Shown here: piece by piece, positions 1-13,375 of the stretch
Layout: each line of letters starts with the position of its first letter
Position numbering within the stretch: position 1 is the stretch's first letter
NCBI RefSeq assembly: GCF_006345805.1
Contig: NC_043001.1
Coordinates: forward strand, 109,616,001-109,680,000
Source: Octopus sinensis
Lineage: Eukaryota
DNA length: 64,000 nt
Reading direction: 5' to 3'
Made by a program: the position numbers and the translations under genes
The notes under the pieces: generated by a model
What the model was told of the DNA's origin: nothing
What the model saw: the letters and a program-made list of their open reading frames with translations, nothing else
The model's database searches: none

Positions 1-721
1 CTTGAAATATCTAAGGGTATCCCATATTTGTTCTTGTTCAAACTCACATCGCTTCTTCTGCGGGTTCTTCTGAAAAATGTTGCATTTGTCAACAGGTCGG
101 CAGGGGTAACACCGATGGCAATCTCGCACGAGTCAAGCTGACAATCTACCAACAATCTGTCAACACCACTACTCCGAATGCTGTTGATACCACCTTGGCG
201 CGAAACCGTAACGACACAACGTAAGAGGCCATAGCCACAGCAGAGTGCAGGCACAATGACCCAATGGTTAGAGCAGCGGACTCGCGGTCATAAGAACGTG
301 GTTTCGATTCCCAGACCGGGCATTGTGAGTGTTTATTGAACAAAAAACACCTAAGCTCCACGAGGCTCCGGCAGGAAGGGGTGGTGAACCCCGCTGTTCT
401 CTTCCACCACAACTTTCTCGCATTCTTTCTTCCTACTTCTGCCAAAAAGCAGAGGAACCATAATGCAACCCACTATGGTGTGGTAAACTTTCAGACCCTA
501 GTCTAGATTGCGAATCCTCTCTACCCCAGGATGGTTCAGCTCTCTACCTGTTAAAAGCCACTGTTTACGAAATGAGGATAACAACGTAGATTTCGCGTCC
601 GTGCAACCGCCAGTCTATCGCATGTGGTGGGTGGATCTTCAAGTTGCCGCACGCATTCTTAGTAGCTTAGAGTAGGCTCGAATTAGAGATTATTCTTTGT
701 GGCTAATGGCGTTAGTCCTGA

Positions 722-752
<31 letters not shown>

Positions 753-755
753 AAG
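1..755 (+). mobile_element. Possible highly degenerate RTE-like LINE 3' end with (AAG)n tail, interrupted by a SINE
   Basis: Broken frames give DGNLARVKLTIYQQ (near 110-155) and WWVDLQVAAR / DYSLWLMALV (near 625-720), loosely like RTE ORF2 C-terminal motifs. These are followed directly by (AAG)n at 723-755. Similarity is weak and judged by eye. Confidence 0.3.
247..445 (+). mobile_element. tRNA-derived SINE family C, 3'-truncated
   Basis: Head CAATGACCCAATGGTTAGAGCAGCGGACTCGCGGTC...GTTTCGATTCC has A/B boxes. It matches the copies at 2762, 54012 and 54589. Confidence 0.8.
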
Positions 756-1958
756 ACAGCAGATTCGTACCAGCCGTAGAGCAACGCATGACCGAAAACG
801 AAAATTAATTTATAATATTCTCTAATTGATAGATTATTTAATAGTGGTGACCGATAAATATCGTAAATAGTAAATGATTGTTTCAAGAGATTCGAACTGT
901 TACTTCACTCTATCCATTTCGAGGGAAGATAACCAATATGGATCTCCAAGAGATACAAGTGTGGCAAAAACGAAACGATGAACAGGTATTTTGCACTTAG
1001 GCATTCGGCTGACAATGTAGGACTGATGGATAATTGCTGGCGAGAAAATACACGCAGCTAAAACGAAACAAAAAGGCTTAAACTTTTGTTAAATACTTTT
1101 ATTAAAAGTCTTTAAATGCATAATGGAATTTCGTTTGTCACTGCATAATACATTATGGTAACAATTTCTCTCATATCTTTTCCTTTACACACACACATGC
1201 TCGCGCACTCGAATGTGTGTGTGTGTGTGTAAACATATATTTCATATGTAAATATATATGTGTGTGTGTGTATATGTATACACACAAAGCTTTTCCCTTC
1301 TGTAATACAGCGACAACGTGTAAACTGATAGTTACATTCCCTGCATTTGCAAAACAAACAAATATTTGTGATCAGGAGTTAATGAGTGTAATCGAAACGT
1401 CTAATAAACAATAACTTTAATTATCCACAGGAATATTGAAGTATTAAATTAGGGACATAAATAGTGTTAATTAAGTTCTTGGAGAAGTAATTAAACCTCA
1501 AATATTTAACAAGTGTTGCTGAGAATTATAATTGTCTCTAACATGAAAACGTGCGCTTATGGGTTCGGAAATGAATATTATGACAACGATCTATTTCTCA
1601 TATCCATTAGTTTCATAAATGAATTTGTTCCGCTGGACCCCATCTTGATATTGCACTCAACTATCTTATTAATTATTATTCGTCAGGTCGTGGGTTATTG
1701 ACTAAATCATGGCAATAGTATTGAACAAAATATTTTGGTATAGATTTTAAGTTTTGAGTTCAGATCCAGTTGGGATTAATCCAACTGTCCATTGTTCTAG
1801 GACAAATAACAGCATTATAATTCGATTAATTGCGTTGATATAATCAGCTGTAGTTTAAGGCTTTCAGTCGCAACCTCATCTAAACTCGGCGATTCTTGAT
1901 AATTTTAAACTGAGCAGAACCCTTAGCTTTGCAGGTCTGGTGTACTCGACTTGATGGA

Positions 1959-2275
1959 GAGAGAGAGAGAGAGAGAGGGAGGGAGATAGAGAGAGTGAGT
2001 GGAAGAGAGAAAAAGAGAAGGAGAGATAGTGAGTGAATGAGAGAGAATAGAAGAGAGAGAGAGTGAGTGAATGAGAGGGAATAGAAGAGAGAGAGAGAGA
2101 GAGAGAGTGAGTGAATGAGAGAGAATAGAAGAGAGAGAGAGAGAGTGAGTGAATGAGAGAGAATAGAAGAGAGAGAGAGAGAGAGTGAGTGAATGAGAGA
2201 GAATAGAAGAGAGAGAGGGAGATTAAGTGAGAAAGAGAGAGAGAGAGAGAGGAGAGAGGGAGAGAGAGGCGGTGA
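1959..2275. repeat. Purine-rich compound minisatellite
   Basis: Five copies of GTGAGTGAATGAGAGAGAATAGAA separated by variable (GA)n tracts. Confidence 0.9.
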
Positions 2276-2303
2276 GCGGAGATAGGAGAAAGTGATTTCT
2301 TAT

Positions 2304-2503
2304 AACGTTAACACGCCGGGCAAAATACTTAGTGGTATTTCATGTCCTTAAGTTCTGAGTTCAAATTCCGCTGAGGTCGACTTTACCTTTCATCCTTTCG
2401 GGGTCGATAAATTAAGTACCAGTTGCGTATTAAGGTCGATCTAATCGACTAGCTTCCTTCCTACAAAATTTCGGACCTTGTGCCTAGACTAGAAAAGAAT
2501 ATT
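2304..2503 (+). mobile_element. SINE family A' (type-2 tail)
   Basis: Core GAGGTCGACTTTACCTTTCATCCTTTCGGGGTCGATAAATTAAGTACCAG plus tail CCTTGTGCCTAGACTAGAAAAG. Confidence 0.8.
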
Positions 2504-2761
2504 TTCATATTATCGCTCATAGCAACACCTGTGCTTAACTAGTATTGTGTTTGTAGATCGCAGGAAAAAATATGAAAATCTGCGCTTAGATTGAAACAAA
2601 AAACGATGAGTGGCAATCCACTGTTACAAGATATACAGATACAGTGGGCAATAGGCGTCCGTCATATATGGAGACCTATCAACTGCATAGGTTGTGTCTC
2701 GATTAGGAAATGCTTATTTATTGCAGTGCAATATACTTCTGCAATATACTCAATGGTGTAT

Positions 2762-3145
2762 GAAGGTACAATGACCCACTGGTTAGGGCAGCGGACTCGC
2801 GGTCATAGGATCGCGGTTTCTATTCCCAGACCGGGCGTTGTGAGTGTTTATTGAGCGAAAACACCTAAAGCTCCACGAGGCTCTGGCAAGGGGTGGTGGC
2901 GAACCCTGATGTACTCTTTCACTACAACTTTCTCACACTCTTTTTTCCTGTCTCTGTGTGTACCTGCATTTCAAAGGGTCAGCCTTGTCACACTCTCTGT
3001 CACGCTGACTTTTCCCTAGAACTACCTTAAGGGTACACGTATCTGTGGAGTGCTCAGTCACTTGCCCGTTAATTTCACGTGCAGGTTGTTCTGTTAATTG
3101 ATTTGATCAACTGGAACACTCGTCATCGTAACTCAATGGTGTGAA
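2762..3145 (+). mobile_element. SINE family C, near full length
   Basis: tRNA-like head plus a body collinear with 54012-54399 (reverse complement). Confidence 0.85.
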
Positions 3146-5192
3146 ACCATGACAACTGAACTTCCGTAAGAATGCTGAGAATTGAAAGAATGAGAAAGGA
3201 TATCAAGAAGTCACAATAAAATCGTACTTGTCATTTGTCCAATGTCATCATATCAAACAAAAAACTTGCCTTGTACCACATGTTGTTGTCCTGGTACAAG
3301 GTCAGCATTAGGTATATGCTTAGGCCATTGATCTGCTGGCACTAACCCCGAAATTGGAGAGATGTATATTATTTATTCCTTCCATTCCACCTGCAAGTGA
3401 GACGCGAACAAGCCCTTAACATTTAACACATACTGTCACACATATATCTATGGGCGTATATATGTGTAAAATACTGGATGGCCTTCGATATCCACTCACA
3501 CACACACACACCACACACACACACATACACTCGCACACGTATATATATTTCTATATCAGTCAAAGTCTATTTTACAAGGCAATATTAAGTTTCCAATTCC
3601 CCATTTGTAATTACTTTCATCGGGCAAGTTATTCTTGTTTTGTTTTCATAAATGCAACGAGCTTTCAATGAAATCCAAATATAGACATTTCAATTTGTGA
3701 CACATGGAACCGACTGCAATCAATACAATAAAGATGAAGCGAGGATGTCATCTATAACTAAGATCAACTGCAATAATAATACCGAATTTTATTCGTATAT
3801 AGATTCATATATTGCATATATATTATTCGTGTCATATATTGCATAAATGAGATTTATGCCATAATCTAAATCAAATAACAAATCGAGGTGCAGAATTAAT
3901 GTCATAACACCTTCCAAATATTGCTATTACCATTTTATAGAATTCCAATTTTATCCTAGGATAATAATTCCAATGAAAATTTATCTCGTTCATTCTCTGC
4001 TCATTTAGGCGTATTTTAATGAATATAGTTATCTTGTCATATCTTACCATTAGCCGTTACTTTGCTCCAATCACTAAAAAATATAGTTTGCTGTTATAAA
4101 TAGTTAATAACTTTTAGCTACGACGTATGGTATGAGTTACAGTATATTGCTATTCTCTCTAAATCGAATCGCAAATGCTCTTCCTCCATTATTCAGCTGT
4201 TCGCATGTTATTGTGGGTAGTGTATGGCTACAAATAATAAAATTTTGCTCTCAATACCAAATAAACAAATAAGATATTCAGATGGTTATCAAAGGAATAC
4301 TTCCAGTATACATGCACCTCAGTGGTTCTGCGTTTGTCGATAAGTATTTATAAATTAAATGCTGTTTTTCTGTTATATAGTCAGAAAGTATTTTGTTCGT
4401 ATTAGGAAAACCTTTGTGATGGACTTAATGCATTTTATGAACAAAAAATAAAAAAATAAAGAGAGAATTACAATACATATATTTCTGAGAAGACATTAAA
4501 ATTATAATATTATAATGAATTTTCAAATCATTGCCAAGTGACACGTAATTTAATCTCTCATAAAATTCCGAATGAAAGATAAATTGGGGAAGGTATGCAT
4601 AATGCGAATACAATACGTACAAAGTCTCATTGATAAGTAAACTAGACGTTTTAATAACGTGTATATTTGAAAAAGCAATGGAGAGATAGATCATTAATAT
4701 CAGGTAAGTGAACACCTGCACAAATAAATATTTATACAAATAAACTTGAAGAAATGTTATACTATAAACAAATCTGTCACGCAGCTCATACTTCATACAA
4801 TAGGATATTTACTAATTTCCCACTGCGATATGTCTCCTCACCTTACAACTACTGATATCAATATTCAAACGACCGACCACAGATGTTTCCTAAACAAAAA
4901 CAGTCTCTCCGGTCTCCATCTTCACACTCTCTCTTTACGATATATAACTGCTCAACACACACACACACACACATGTCTGTGTATATGTAGACACATGCCT
5001 GTGTATATGTAGATACATGTATATGAATATACGCAGATAGACATCGAGGGGTACCCCAAATTAACACACTCACCGGTAAAATTTCCACTTATTTCTTTCT
5101 TATTTTTTCTAAAATTTTCGTCTTGCAACCTTTTCAATAGTTTTGTCTCTCTTTTATGTCTAAATAAAGTAATATGACAACATCTGGGAATT

Positions 5193-5241
5193 CTTGTACA
5201 CATCTGTTTCGGTTATTTGTTGTTCTCTCATCAGATAGAAG
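5193..5241 (-). ncRNA. Degenerate hammerhead-like motif
   Basis: Minus strand reads CTTCTAT-CTGATGA-gagaacaacaaataacc-GAAA-CAGATG-TG-TACAAG. The core is intact and stem I pairs 5/6, but stem II barely pairs and position 17 is G. Confidence 0.3.
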
Positions 5242-5755
5242 GACAACAATATTCTTTACCTATCATCGAACTAAAAACTATGATTACTGTATAGTCTATA
5301 GTATCCGTGGGCATTGGGTACATCATCTTCATGGAATCATTTCTTCAGGCGATATAACATTAATGGATGTTTACTAGAGAGTTGTTTATCCTTTTTGACC
5401 AGTGAGAATGTTGGTTGAGTTATGACGTAGCGCTAACAGCTTTGACACTGGTGAAAACTGATAAGAACAGCTTCTTCCTATCTCGAATAAGTCACCACAA
5501 GCCCATTCTTCTCAGGTTCACTCTAACAATAAGTGTATATATTTTCTGTCCGCACACCTATCTCCCTTTTTATTTACCTCAGTTACTTCAAACTTTGATG
5601 ACAGTATCTAAGTTGACGTTTGATCTGCTAAAAATAATAACCATATAATAACCAAATTTCCTTTAGATCATAAAGCACTGCATTCAAAGCTGATGAAATG
5701 TAAGTTTATATTTGAAAATATATTAGAGTTTGAATAATGGTATGATGGTTAAAAA

Positions 5756-6170
5756 GGCGGCGAGCTGACAGAAATGTTAGCATGCCGGGCAAAATGCTTA
5801 GCGCTATTTCGTCTGCCGTTACTTTCTGAGTTCAAATTCCGCCGAGGTCGACTTTGCCTTTCATCCTTTCGGGGTCAATTAAATAAATACCAGTTACGCA
5901 CTGGGGTCGATATAATCGACTTAATCCGTTTGTCTGTCCTTGTTTGTCCTCTTTATATTTAGCCCCTTCTGGGCTATAAAGAAACAGGTATTTCGTCTGC
6001 CGTTACATTCTGAGTTCAAATTCCGCCGAGGTCGACTTTGCCTTTCATCCATTCGGAGTCGATTAATTAAGTACCACTTACACACTGGGGTCGATGTAAT
6101 CGACTTAATACCTTTGTCTGTCCATATTTGTCCCCTCTATGTTTAGCCCCTTGTGGGTAATAAAGAAATA
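5756..6170 (+). mobile_element. SINE family A head-to-tail dimer with 16-bp TSD
   Basis: Two units join at AAAGAAACA|GGTATTTCGTCTG (5987). GGTATGATGGTTAAAA flanks both ends (5739-5754 and 6171-6186). Confidence 0.9.
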
Positions 6171-7003
6171 GGTATGATGGTTAAAACTGGAACAATTTTG
6201 ATCATAGCTCCATTTGCTTACAGTCGAAATGGAGATTAAAGAACACTAATCATTCAAGCAACCAACGCAATCTTCCAATACATTACAGCATCCAACTGAA
6301 ATACACTTCCCTGTCTCTATATTTAACCACACTTATTCGCCTACACACGAACCATAAGGCAACAGAATGTGCCATTATACATTACATCAAAAATAGCGTA
6401 ACTAATAGTATATTGCTGTTTATTTTTTGCTTCATATTTAAACATCGCTTCAAAGTTCTATTTAAAGAAATATATACGTAAAAATCACTTTAAACCCAAA
6501 TGAAATAACTTCAGTTTACATTAATAGACATAAAGTTTAATTTTCTTCTTTATTTTTATTTTTTGTCTGTGTATTTAGCATATAGGGAAAACTTAGTCTA
6601 TGATCAGCACGATTTTCATGATTTGAAAAATGATTAAAGATAAAAAAAAATATATATAATGAGTAGGATTTGCGGAAATTATTTTTTTGTATACAAAAAA
6701 TTGTTAGTCTATAATAAACACGCGTGATGTGCATGTACATATACGGTATACTTTATACAGATAATAAATTGCTCACGTATATAAATTCGTAAACGCACAA
6801 GCTCACATACAAACGCACATACGAACACATTTATATATGTATATGTACATATTAATTAGTCTTGCGTATACCACGTTTTCTTGCATGAAATTCACAGTTT
6901 TCTATTAATTTAATATTATCAGCCGTAAAAATAGATATTTAAAAAATAGGTTCAGTAAAACAATACAAAAATAATCAATGATAATTTCTTTCTCTTATAT
7001 TAT

Positions 7004-7620
7004 AAGCTAGAAACCGGTGAACTAGAGGATGTAGCCGAGTTTACGTATTTAGGTAGTAAGTTAACGTTTTCAGGCGGCACCGACGAAGATATTAAGACGA
7101 GAATAAGTAAGGTAAGGACCGCTTTTCACCTGTTAAAGAAAGTATGGAGCGCAAGTGTAATTTCAATAAAGAACAAAATAAGAATTTTTAACACTAACGT
7201 AAAAGCTGAGACATGGCGAACAACAGTTAAGTCAAATAAGCAAATACAATCATTCATCAACAGATGCTTGCGTAGTATACTTAAAATTAGATGGCCCGAA
7301 CACATAAGCAATATAGAGCTATGGCAAAGAACACATCAAGTTTCGATTAGGGAGCAAATATTTAAGAAAAAGTGGAAGTGGATTGGTAGCACAATTAGAA
7401 AAGAATCACCAAGTGTAGCGAAAAGTGCTTTACAGTGGAAACCGGATGGATATAAAAGGAGAGGTAGGCCTAAGAAATCGTGGCGCAGATCAACACAAAA
7501 AGAACTAGAGAAAGGGGGACATTCATGGCAGAGTATAAGTACAGAAGCCAAAAATTATGCTACATGGAATTCAACTATAAGTGGCCTATACTCCGCACTG
7601 GAAGGTTAAAGGCATACAGA
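7004..7620 (+). mobile_element. RTE-clade LINE, 5'-truncated ORF2 C-terminus
   Basis: One open frame 7007-7609: EFTYLGS, DEDIKTRISK, FNTNVK|AETW, FINRCLRSILKIRW, ISNIELWQRT, KWKWIG, GYKRRGRPKKSWRR, GLYSALEG*. These are typical RTE post-RT motifs. The usual SVLLYG segment is missing in frame. Confidence 0.92.
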
Positions 7621-8780
7621 AAAAATATATATAAAGACGTGCCAAATTTTTCTTTCGAATTTTGAAATTTCTCCCTGTGTAAAGTTCGTAAATTCTAGGC
7701 AAAGTGGCTACAGATCGCATCAGTAAAGATGTGCAGAGTTGAGAGTATCTACTGCCTGGTATGGTACAATTGAATGCTTCGTGTACACATGCTTACTACG
7801 CCTTAATGCAGTTCACATATTTATTAATACAAAGGTGACTTAACGTAATGTTGATTCATATAAGAAGCATTGATGCTCTTATTTCTCTTTCAGACTTATG
7901 CACTGCGCCAACATGGTAGATGCCAACTTGACAAAGGAAATGAAAAGGTACTCCGTGCACATGTATCTCGCTGACAAAACAGCATCTCAGGAACTGTCAG
8001 CTATTTGAACGTGGCAATGTCCTTTCGTCCAAAATTGGAAATATAATATGGTGGCAAAATGATAAGCAAAATATACCACCTGGTGAAGAATATCATCAAG
8101 AGACCCAACATATTGACGAATTATGTTACAGAGGAATTCAAATGGGCAGAGTCCGTTCAGGGATTTGAGGTTCACAAAGACCTTACGCGCAACTCTTACA
8201 AATGTGGAAAATAGGGAATTGTATGTCCGATAAAACACCAGAGAATGTATGAACCTTTCACTGTTCTTGCAGAGTAAGACCTAACACCGCGAGAAACATG
8301 TTATGCTTCTTTTTCTTTATAAGCGAGGGGTTTGAAAGACCAGAAGGAAACAAGGGAAATGGTAATTAACCCTCCAGGAAACCCATGATGAATACACCCA
8401 GTTGCCGACGGTTTCTTAAAGATGAGAACCATGTTAGCCACTTCCTTTCATCTCCTTGTTTAGTCTTTTGAGACAAATCATCGCATACATTGAGCTTCTG
8501 GATGGCCAAGATCTGGATGGTGGTGTGACAGAGCCATATGCTTCCAGCAGGATTCCGTTCAACCCTATATAGCCTTCGATTCTAGAAGAGACGGGTGAAA
8601 AATGTTGCCGATCATCAACCAGTTTATGACCGAGTTTTGATTTTTAACATTGGGTAGCAACATAGATGACCGTCGAGGATGAGACAAAAGTGACCACCAC
8701 AAAAGAAAGGAATTACAAAATAATTTTGCTATAAGCCATATGCATATGTGTGTAAGTAGCATGTAAAATGTATCTATATA

Positions 8781-8847
<67 letters not shown>

Positions 8848-9128
8848 CGCGCGCGCAGATGTGTATCGAGAAGTGTCCGTCGCATTTCCACCGATCATAT
8901 TACCATTACACTTTGCCCCCACCCAAAAGATAAGAAATAGAAAAGAAAAAAAAAGATTCAAATTTTGATTTTATTTAGTTCGGGGATCATTTTCAGATTT
9001 TCGTCCACTCCATCTTCAACTCTAGCATATCATATCCAGGAGTACATAACTGAAATATACTCTTCGATTTATAAGACGTGAGGTAAAATTTGACGAATAT
9101 TTGATTGCTAATATTAACAAAGTTTAAA

Positions 9129-9332
9129 GAGGAGAGCTGACAGAATAGTTAACACGCTGGACTTTTTGTTCGTCTTCACATTCCGATTTCAAATTTCGCC
9201 GATATCCAATTTGTCTTTCATAATTGCAGGCTCAATAAGATAAGTACCAGTTGAAAACTGGGGTCGATGTAATCGACTTACCGCCCCCACGCCAAAATTG
9301 CTGGCCTTGTTCCAGAATTCGAAATCATTATT
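9129..9332 (+). mobile_element. SINE family A', degenerate
   Basis: Recognisable head, core and type-2 tail (GCTGGCCTTGTTCCAGAATTCGAAATC). Confidence 0.7.
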
Positions 9333-9562
9333 AAGAAAATTTCGTATTTTCATCCGTTTGTTTTCATTGTTTTACGTAGAAGGAAGGACGCTACCTCTTT
9401 CATCTATATGTCATGGATCCTCGTCATGGAAGGTAAAAGACAATCCAATACTCATACCATAGCTTTTGATTTTAATACTTAATGTGAACAAAATTCGAAT
9501 TCGCTAGAAGAATACCCGTCACCGAAAACACATACCACTTGTCAACGCATAGAGTCCCTTTG

Positions 9563-9971
9563 GGCGGGGTGGCAGAGTCGTTAGCACGCCGGGCGAAATG
9601 CTTAGCGTTATTTCGTCTGCCGCTACGTTTTGAGTTCAAATTCGGCCGAGGTCGACTTTGCCTTTCATCCTTTCGGGGTCGATAAATAAAGTACCAGTTT
9701 CGCACTAGGGTCGATATAATCGACTTAATCCGTTTGTCTGTCCTTGTTTGTCTTCTGTGTTTAGCCCCTTGTGGGTAGTAAAAAAATAGGTATTTCGTCT
9801 GCCGCTACATTCTGAGTTCAAATTCCGCCGAGGTCGACTTTGCCTGTCATCATTTCGGGGTCGAGTAAATAAGTACCAGTTACGCACTGGGTCGATATAA
9901 TCGACTTAATCCGTTTGTCTGTCCTTGTTCGTCCTCTCTGTGTTTAGCCCCTTGTGGGCAGTAAAGAAATA
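9563..9971 (+). mobile_element. SINE family A dimer
   Basis: Two units with type-1 tails joined at AAAATA|GGTATTTCGTCTG (9789). Confidence 0.9.
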
Positions 9972-10631
9972 GGTTTCCAACACAAGTAGCAACTATCTCG
10001 TTTATAGGCCCGGATCTATGATTGATAATACTTTCTCATGATTCCGAAGAGTAGAATCGAACTTAAAATAAAGAGACTGTGAAAAATGTTTATTTCTTCC
10101 CATGCTTTAATTCAAATGTCTTCTTCCAGCAGACATTGCTCAATTAACAAATCCTTGCTTCCTAACTACATGGTCTCAGGTTAAATCGATCGTTAACGAT
10201 TCTTAATATGTCGTCCTCCCGTATAATTTTGCAAGAGGTTACGTCATTGCATTGCAGATTGTGCTTGATAGATAACAAACTTCTCTTTATCTGTTTTATA
10301 TTATGTAACGTCCAATACCAATCAGGATAAAATCTAATGTGTTTAGTCTCATTTCTTCATCTCATTTCCTTATTTGTTACTAATATATGAAAACTCTATA
10401 TAACTGTATTATTGTACATGGTTAATTTGTTTAGATATCGCTAACTCCAAACGAAAATGGAAACATTTCAGAACGAGTTTGTAAATTGATCAATAGGTTC
10501 TATACTAAAATTGCCCACTTTTATAAAATATTGTTTATGAATCTTTCTCTCTCTCCCTCTCACTCCTATCTATTTATATATCTGCTTGTTTATCTGTGTG
10601 TCAGTGTATGTGTGTGTGTGTGTGTATGATG

Positions 10632-10724
<93 letters not shown>

Positions 10725-10780
10725 CCGTTGGCGATTTTTTTTCTTCTGTCTTCCCATCTCTGGATCTTTCCTTCTCCTAT

Positions 10781-10815
10781 GTTTCCGACGAAGAGCTCCG
10801 CTCGAAACGTTAAAC
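10781..10815 (+). ncRNA. Minimal type-I hammerhead ribozyme motif (U4C change) in a (TA)n-flanked repeat (about 10722-10912)
   Basis: GTTT-CCGACGA-A-GAGC-tcc-GCTC-GAAA-CG-TT-AAAC. Stem I is GTTT/AAAC, stem II is GAGC/GCTC and stem III is palindromic ACGU. The core differs from CUGANGA at one base. Confidence 0.65.
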
Positions 10816-10912
10816 CCGCCTTCTTTCCTTCTTTCCTGAGCGTCCAATAATACTATATTTGTTCCACGTCCTCGCGTTGTTGTGTTTTTTGTGCTTTATT
10901 GTTTGGATTAAC

Positions 10913-10981
<69 letters not shown>

Positions 10982-10989
10982 AGATAGAG

Positions 10990-11024
<35 letters not shown>

Positions 11025-11742
11025 GACACAGATAGATAGATAGATAGATAGAGACACAGATAGATAGGTAGATAGATAGATGCATAGATAGATAGATAGA
11101 GATAAATAGAGAGAGAGTGTATGTGTGTGTGTTAAAGACAGAAATAGAAGGAAATAGAAAAGACTGAGGCATACGGACATGATATTTAAGGTGGATAAAA
11201 AAAGAAAGAATGATTTTCACTGGGGTACAGAAGCAAACAATTTGGTGGCAATAAGATGGATTAGTTCTTCCTATGATACACTTCGTTCAGTTTCAAAGAA
11301 GAGGGTGAAATTCCTCGATTAATAAAAACCAAATACTCATTGCATGATAGAGATTATACAAGAGTTGATAATTCTATAGCGAACTGTACACTGAAAGTAA
11401 TCTAATGTAAACTAACGAGTGTCTAGTATTGGTCTGAAATTTTTTGTACATGACCAGCATTTCGGGGAGTAAGTCGATTACATTGACCCCAGTACTAAAC
11501 TGGTACAAATTTTATCGACTCCGAAATAATGAAAGACAAAGTCTTTCAACTCAGAAAGAAAGAGGAGCGAAATGTCGTTAATTAAGAAAATGGAGAAATT
11601 GACATATCTATTTATTTAAATAGATATGTTAAATAACGATATGTATCAAGGCAAAACTAATATATTTAGTTTTCACTGAACACTGGTATAGACTGAAGAT
11701 ATAGGATGCTAGCATCCTTTAAATGATTATAGGTCCTTGATA

Positions 11743-11783
<41 letters not shown>

Positions 11784-12942
11784 TATGTAAATACCTATAT
11801 TACCTTCTCTCCTATATATCAGCATATTTATCTAGTAGAAGTAGAGTAATGCTCTCCATCTTCACTATTTGTAGTGAAAGCACTTCAACAAGCACTGCAT
11901 TTGTAACATAATATTTAATCTATCATTATCGCATGAATGAAGCTGTACATGCAGAAATGCTAATCCCTCCCACTCTGTTTCCCATGTAATAACAGTCTGA
12001 AGATATTTATATAGTAATACAAGTTTGTTCGAATAAATGTAACGGTAAAGTGTAAAAGTTGCGTAACAAGTTTAATGCAGAAATTCGAAAATAATATTTA
12101 ATTCTTACAAATTACAATTTTCTCAAGAAAGCCAAGAGAAAAGAAATGTTTTATTTTGACACATTCTACCAGTATACGAAGTTTAAAAAAGTGTTTAGTT
12201 AACTAGAAATTGTGTTGAAAACTGCCGTTCAAAAAGAAAAGATCTCAAAATTGTTTTGTAGATATACTATGAAGGGAAAAATGTATTAAATGTAACTGCT
12301 AGAGTACGGGGCTCGACTAGTCATTGCATCTCCACATCTGTATGTCATCATCTCATCAATTTATTCGTTTTATTTTCTTTCCCCGCTGCATGTTTAGTCT
12401 GTCCTTGTACTGTCTCCCTCTGTATCGGGCTCCTAGTGGCAAAATAAAGAAATAAAGAAATCTAGCGTATTGGTAGTCTTGCGAAGTACGTCCTGTGAAC
12501 ACATTGATTAAACCTCCGCCACATAATTTATCTATACCAACATCTGTCAGGATATAAAATGCTGAAGTTTTTAAAGCACTAAGATCAGATCACACAAACA
12601 GATGATAAAGCAGTAGACTTACTCAAGGTGTTAATGGATTGTGACCCAGTATTATAGAATGGCAATACACGAAATAAAATTGTGCAATATCTTTTAATTA
12701 CTTAATTATCATGTAATCCAGCTTAGATTATTTCTTAATTTGATTATGACTTTAATAATACGCTATTAGTAATTTTTGCCCTAAGGCGTCTTTTTGGTTA
12801 TCTTCGAAAATTTACCCGTTAACTAGCTGGAATTTTATATTATAACTATTAAAATAATGATACCCTACAGCTTGAGTACAAATATGTAGAGGAAAATATA
12901 CTACGTTTAAAAATAGTTACACTAGGCGGATCATGTACAGCA

Positions 12943-13001
12943 CATATGTCGGATGCTAGCTGTATCTTGCATGACCAGATATAGCTAACATCCGACATAT
13001 G
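12943..13001. other. Isolated 59-nt hairpin (25-bp arms, 9-nt loop)
   Basis: CATATGTCGGATGCTAGCTGTATCT pairs with AGATATAGCTAACATCCGACATATG, with one C.A mismatch and one G.U wobble. Confidence 0.85.
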
Positions 13002-13375
13002 AAAAGTTGAAATTTTCATGTATTATACTTTACATCATTACATTTCTGATACACGATACCTATTGATCGTTTTTTTCTCTATTTTTACGATCCCTTTTGA
13101 TCGAAAACCTGCCCCCTTTTTATTTTTTATTTTATTTTCCTTTGTTTTTTTTTTCTTCCCCCAAAGAAAAGCTCTACTTTGTAATTTGTCCCCTCTGTGT
13201 TCAGCCCTGTGTGGCTAATAAAGAAACATATATATATATATATATATTTAGGATAATAAGGTAGTCAGAATGTCGGATGATTATATATATATTTTTAATT
13301 ATTTACATTTTACTTTTCATTTTTAGTGCTTTCTTCTTCCCTTATTGGATTTATCAAAAAATGGTTCAATTTTAG

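Noticed and set aside
1959-2275. Constant 24-mer separated by variable stretches (CRISPR-like periodicity)
   Set aside because: The spacers are only (GA)n of different lengths, and the context is eukaryotic with no cas genes.
7894-7947. Exon-like segment after a strong acceptor (tttctctttcag), within a GC-richer block at 7700-8720
   Set aside because: It is short and open in more than one frame, with no recognisable protein. The block may be a decayed transposon that I cannot assign.
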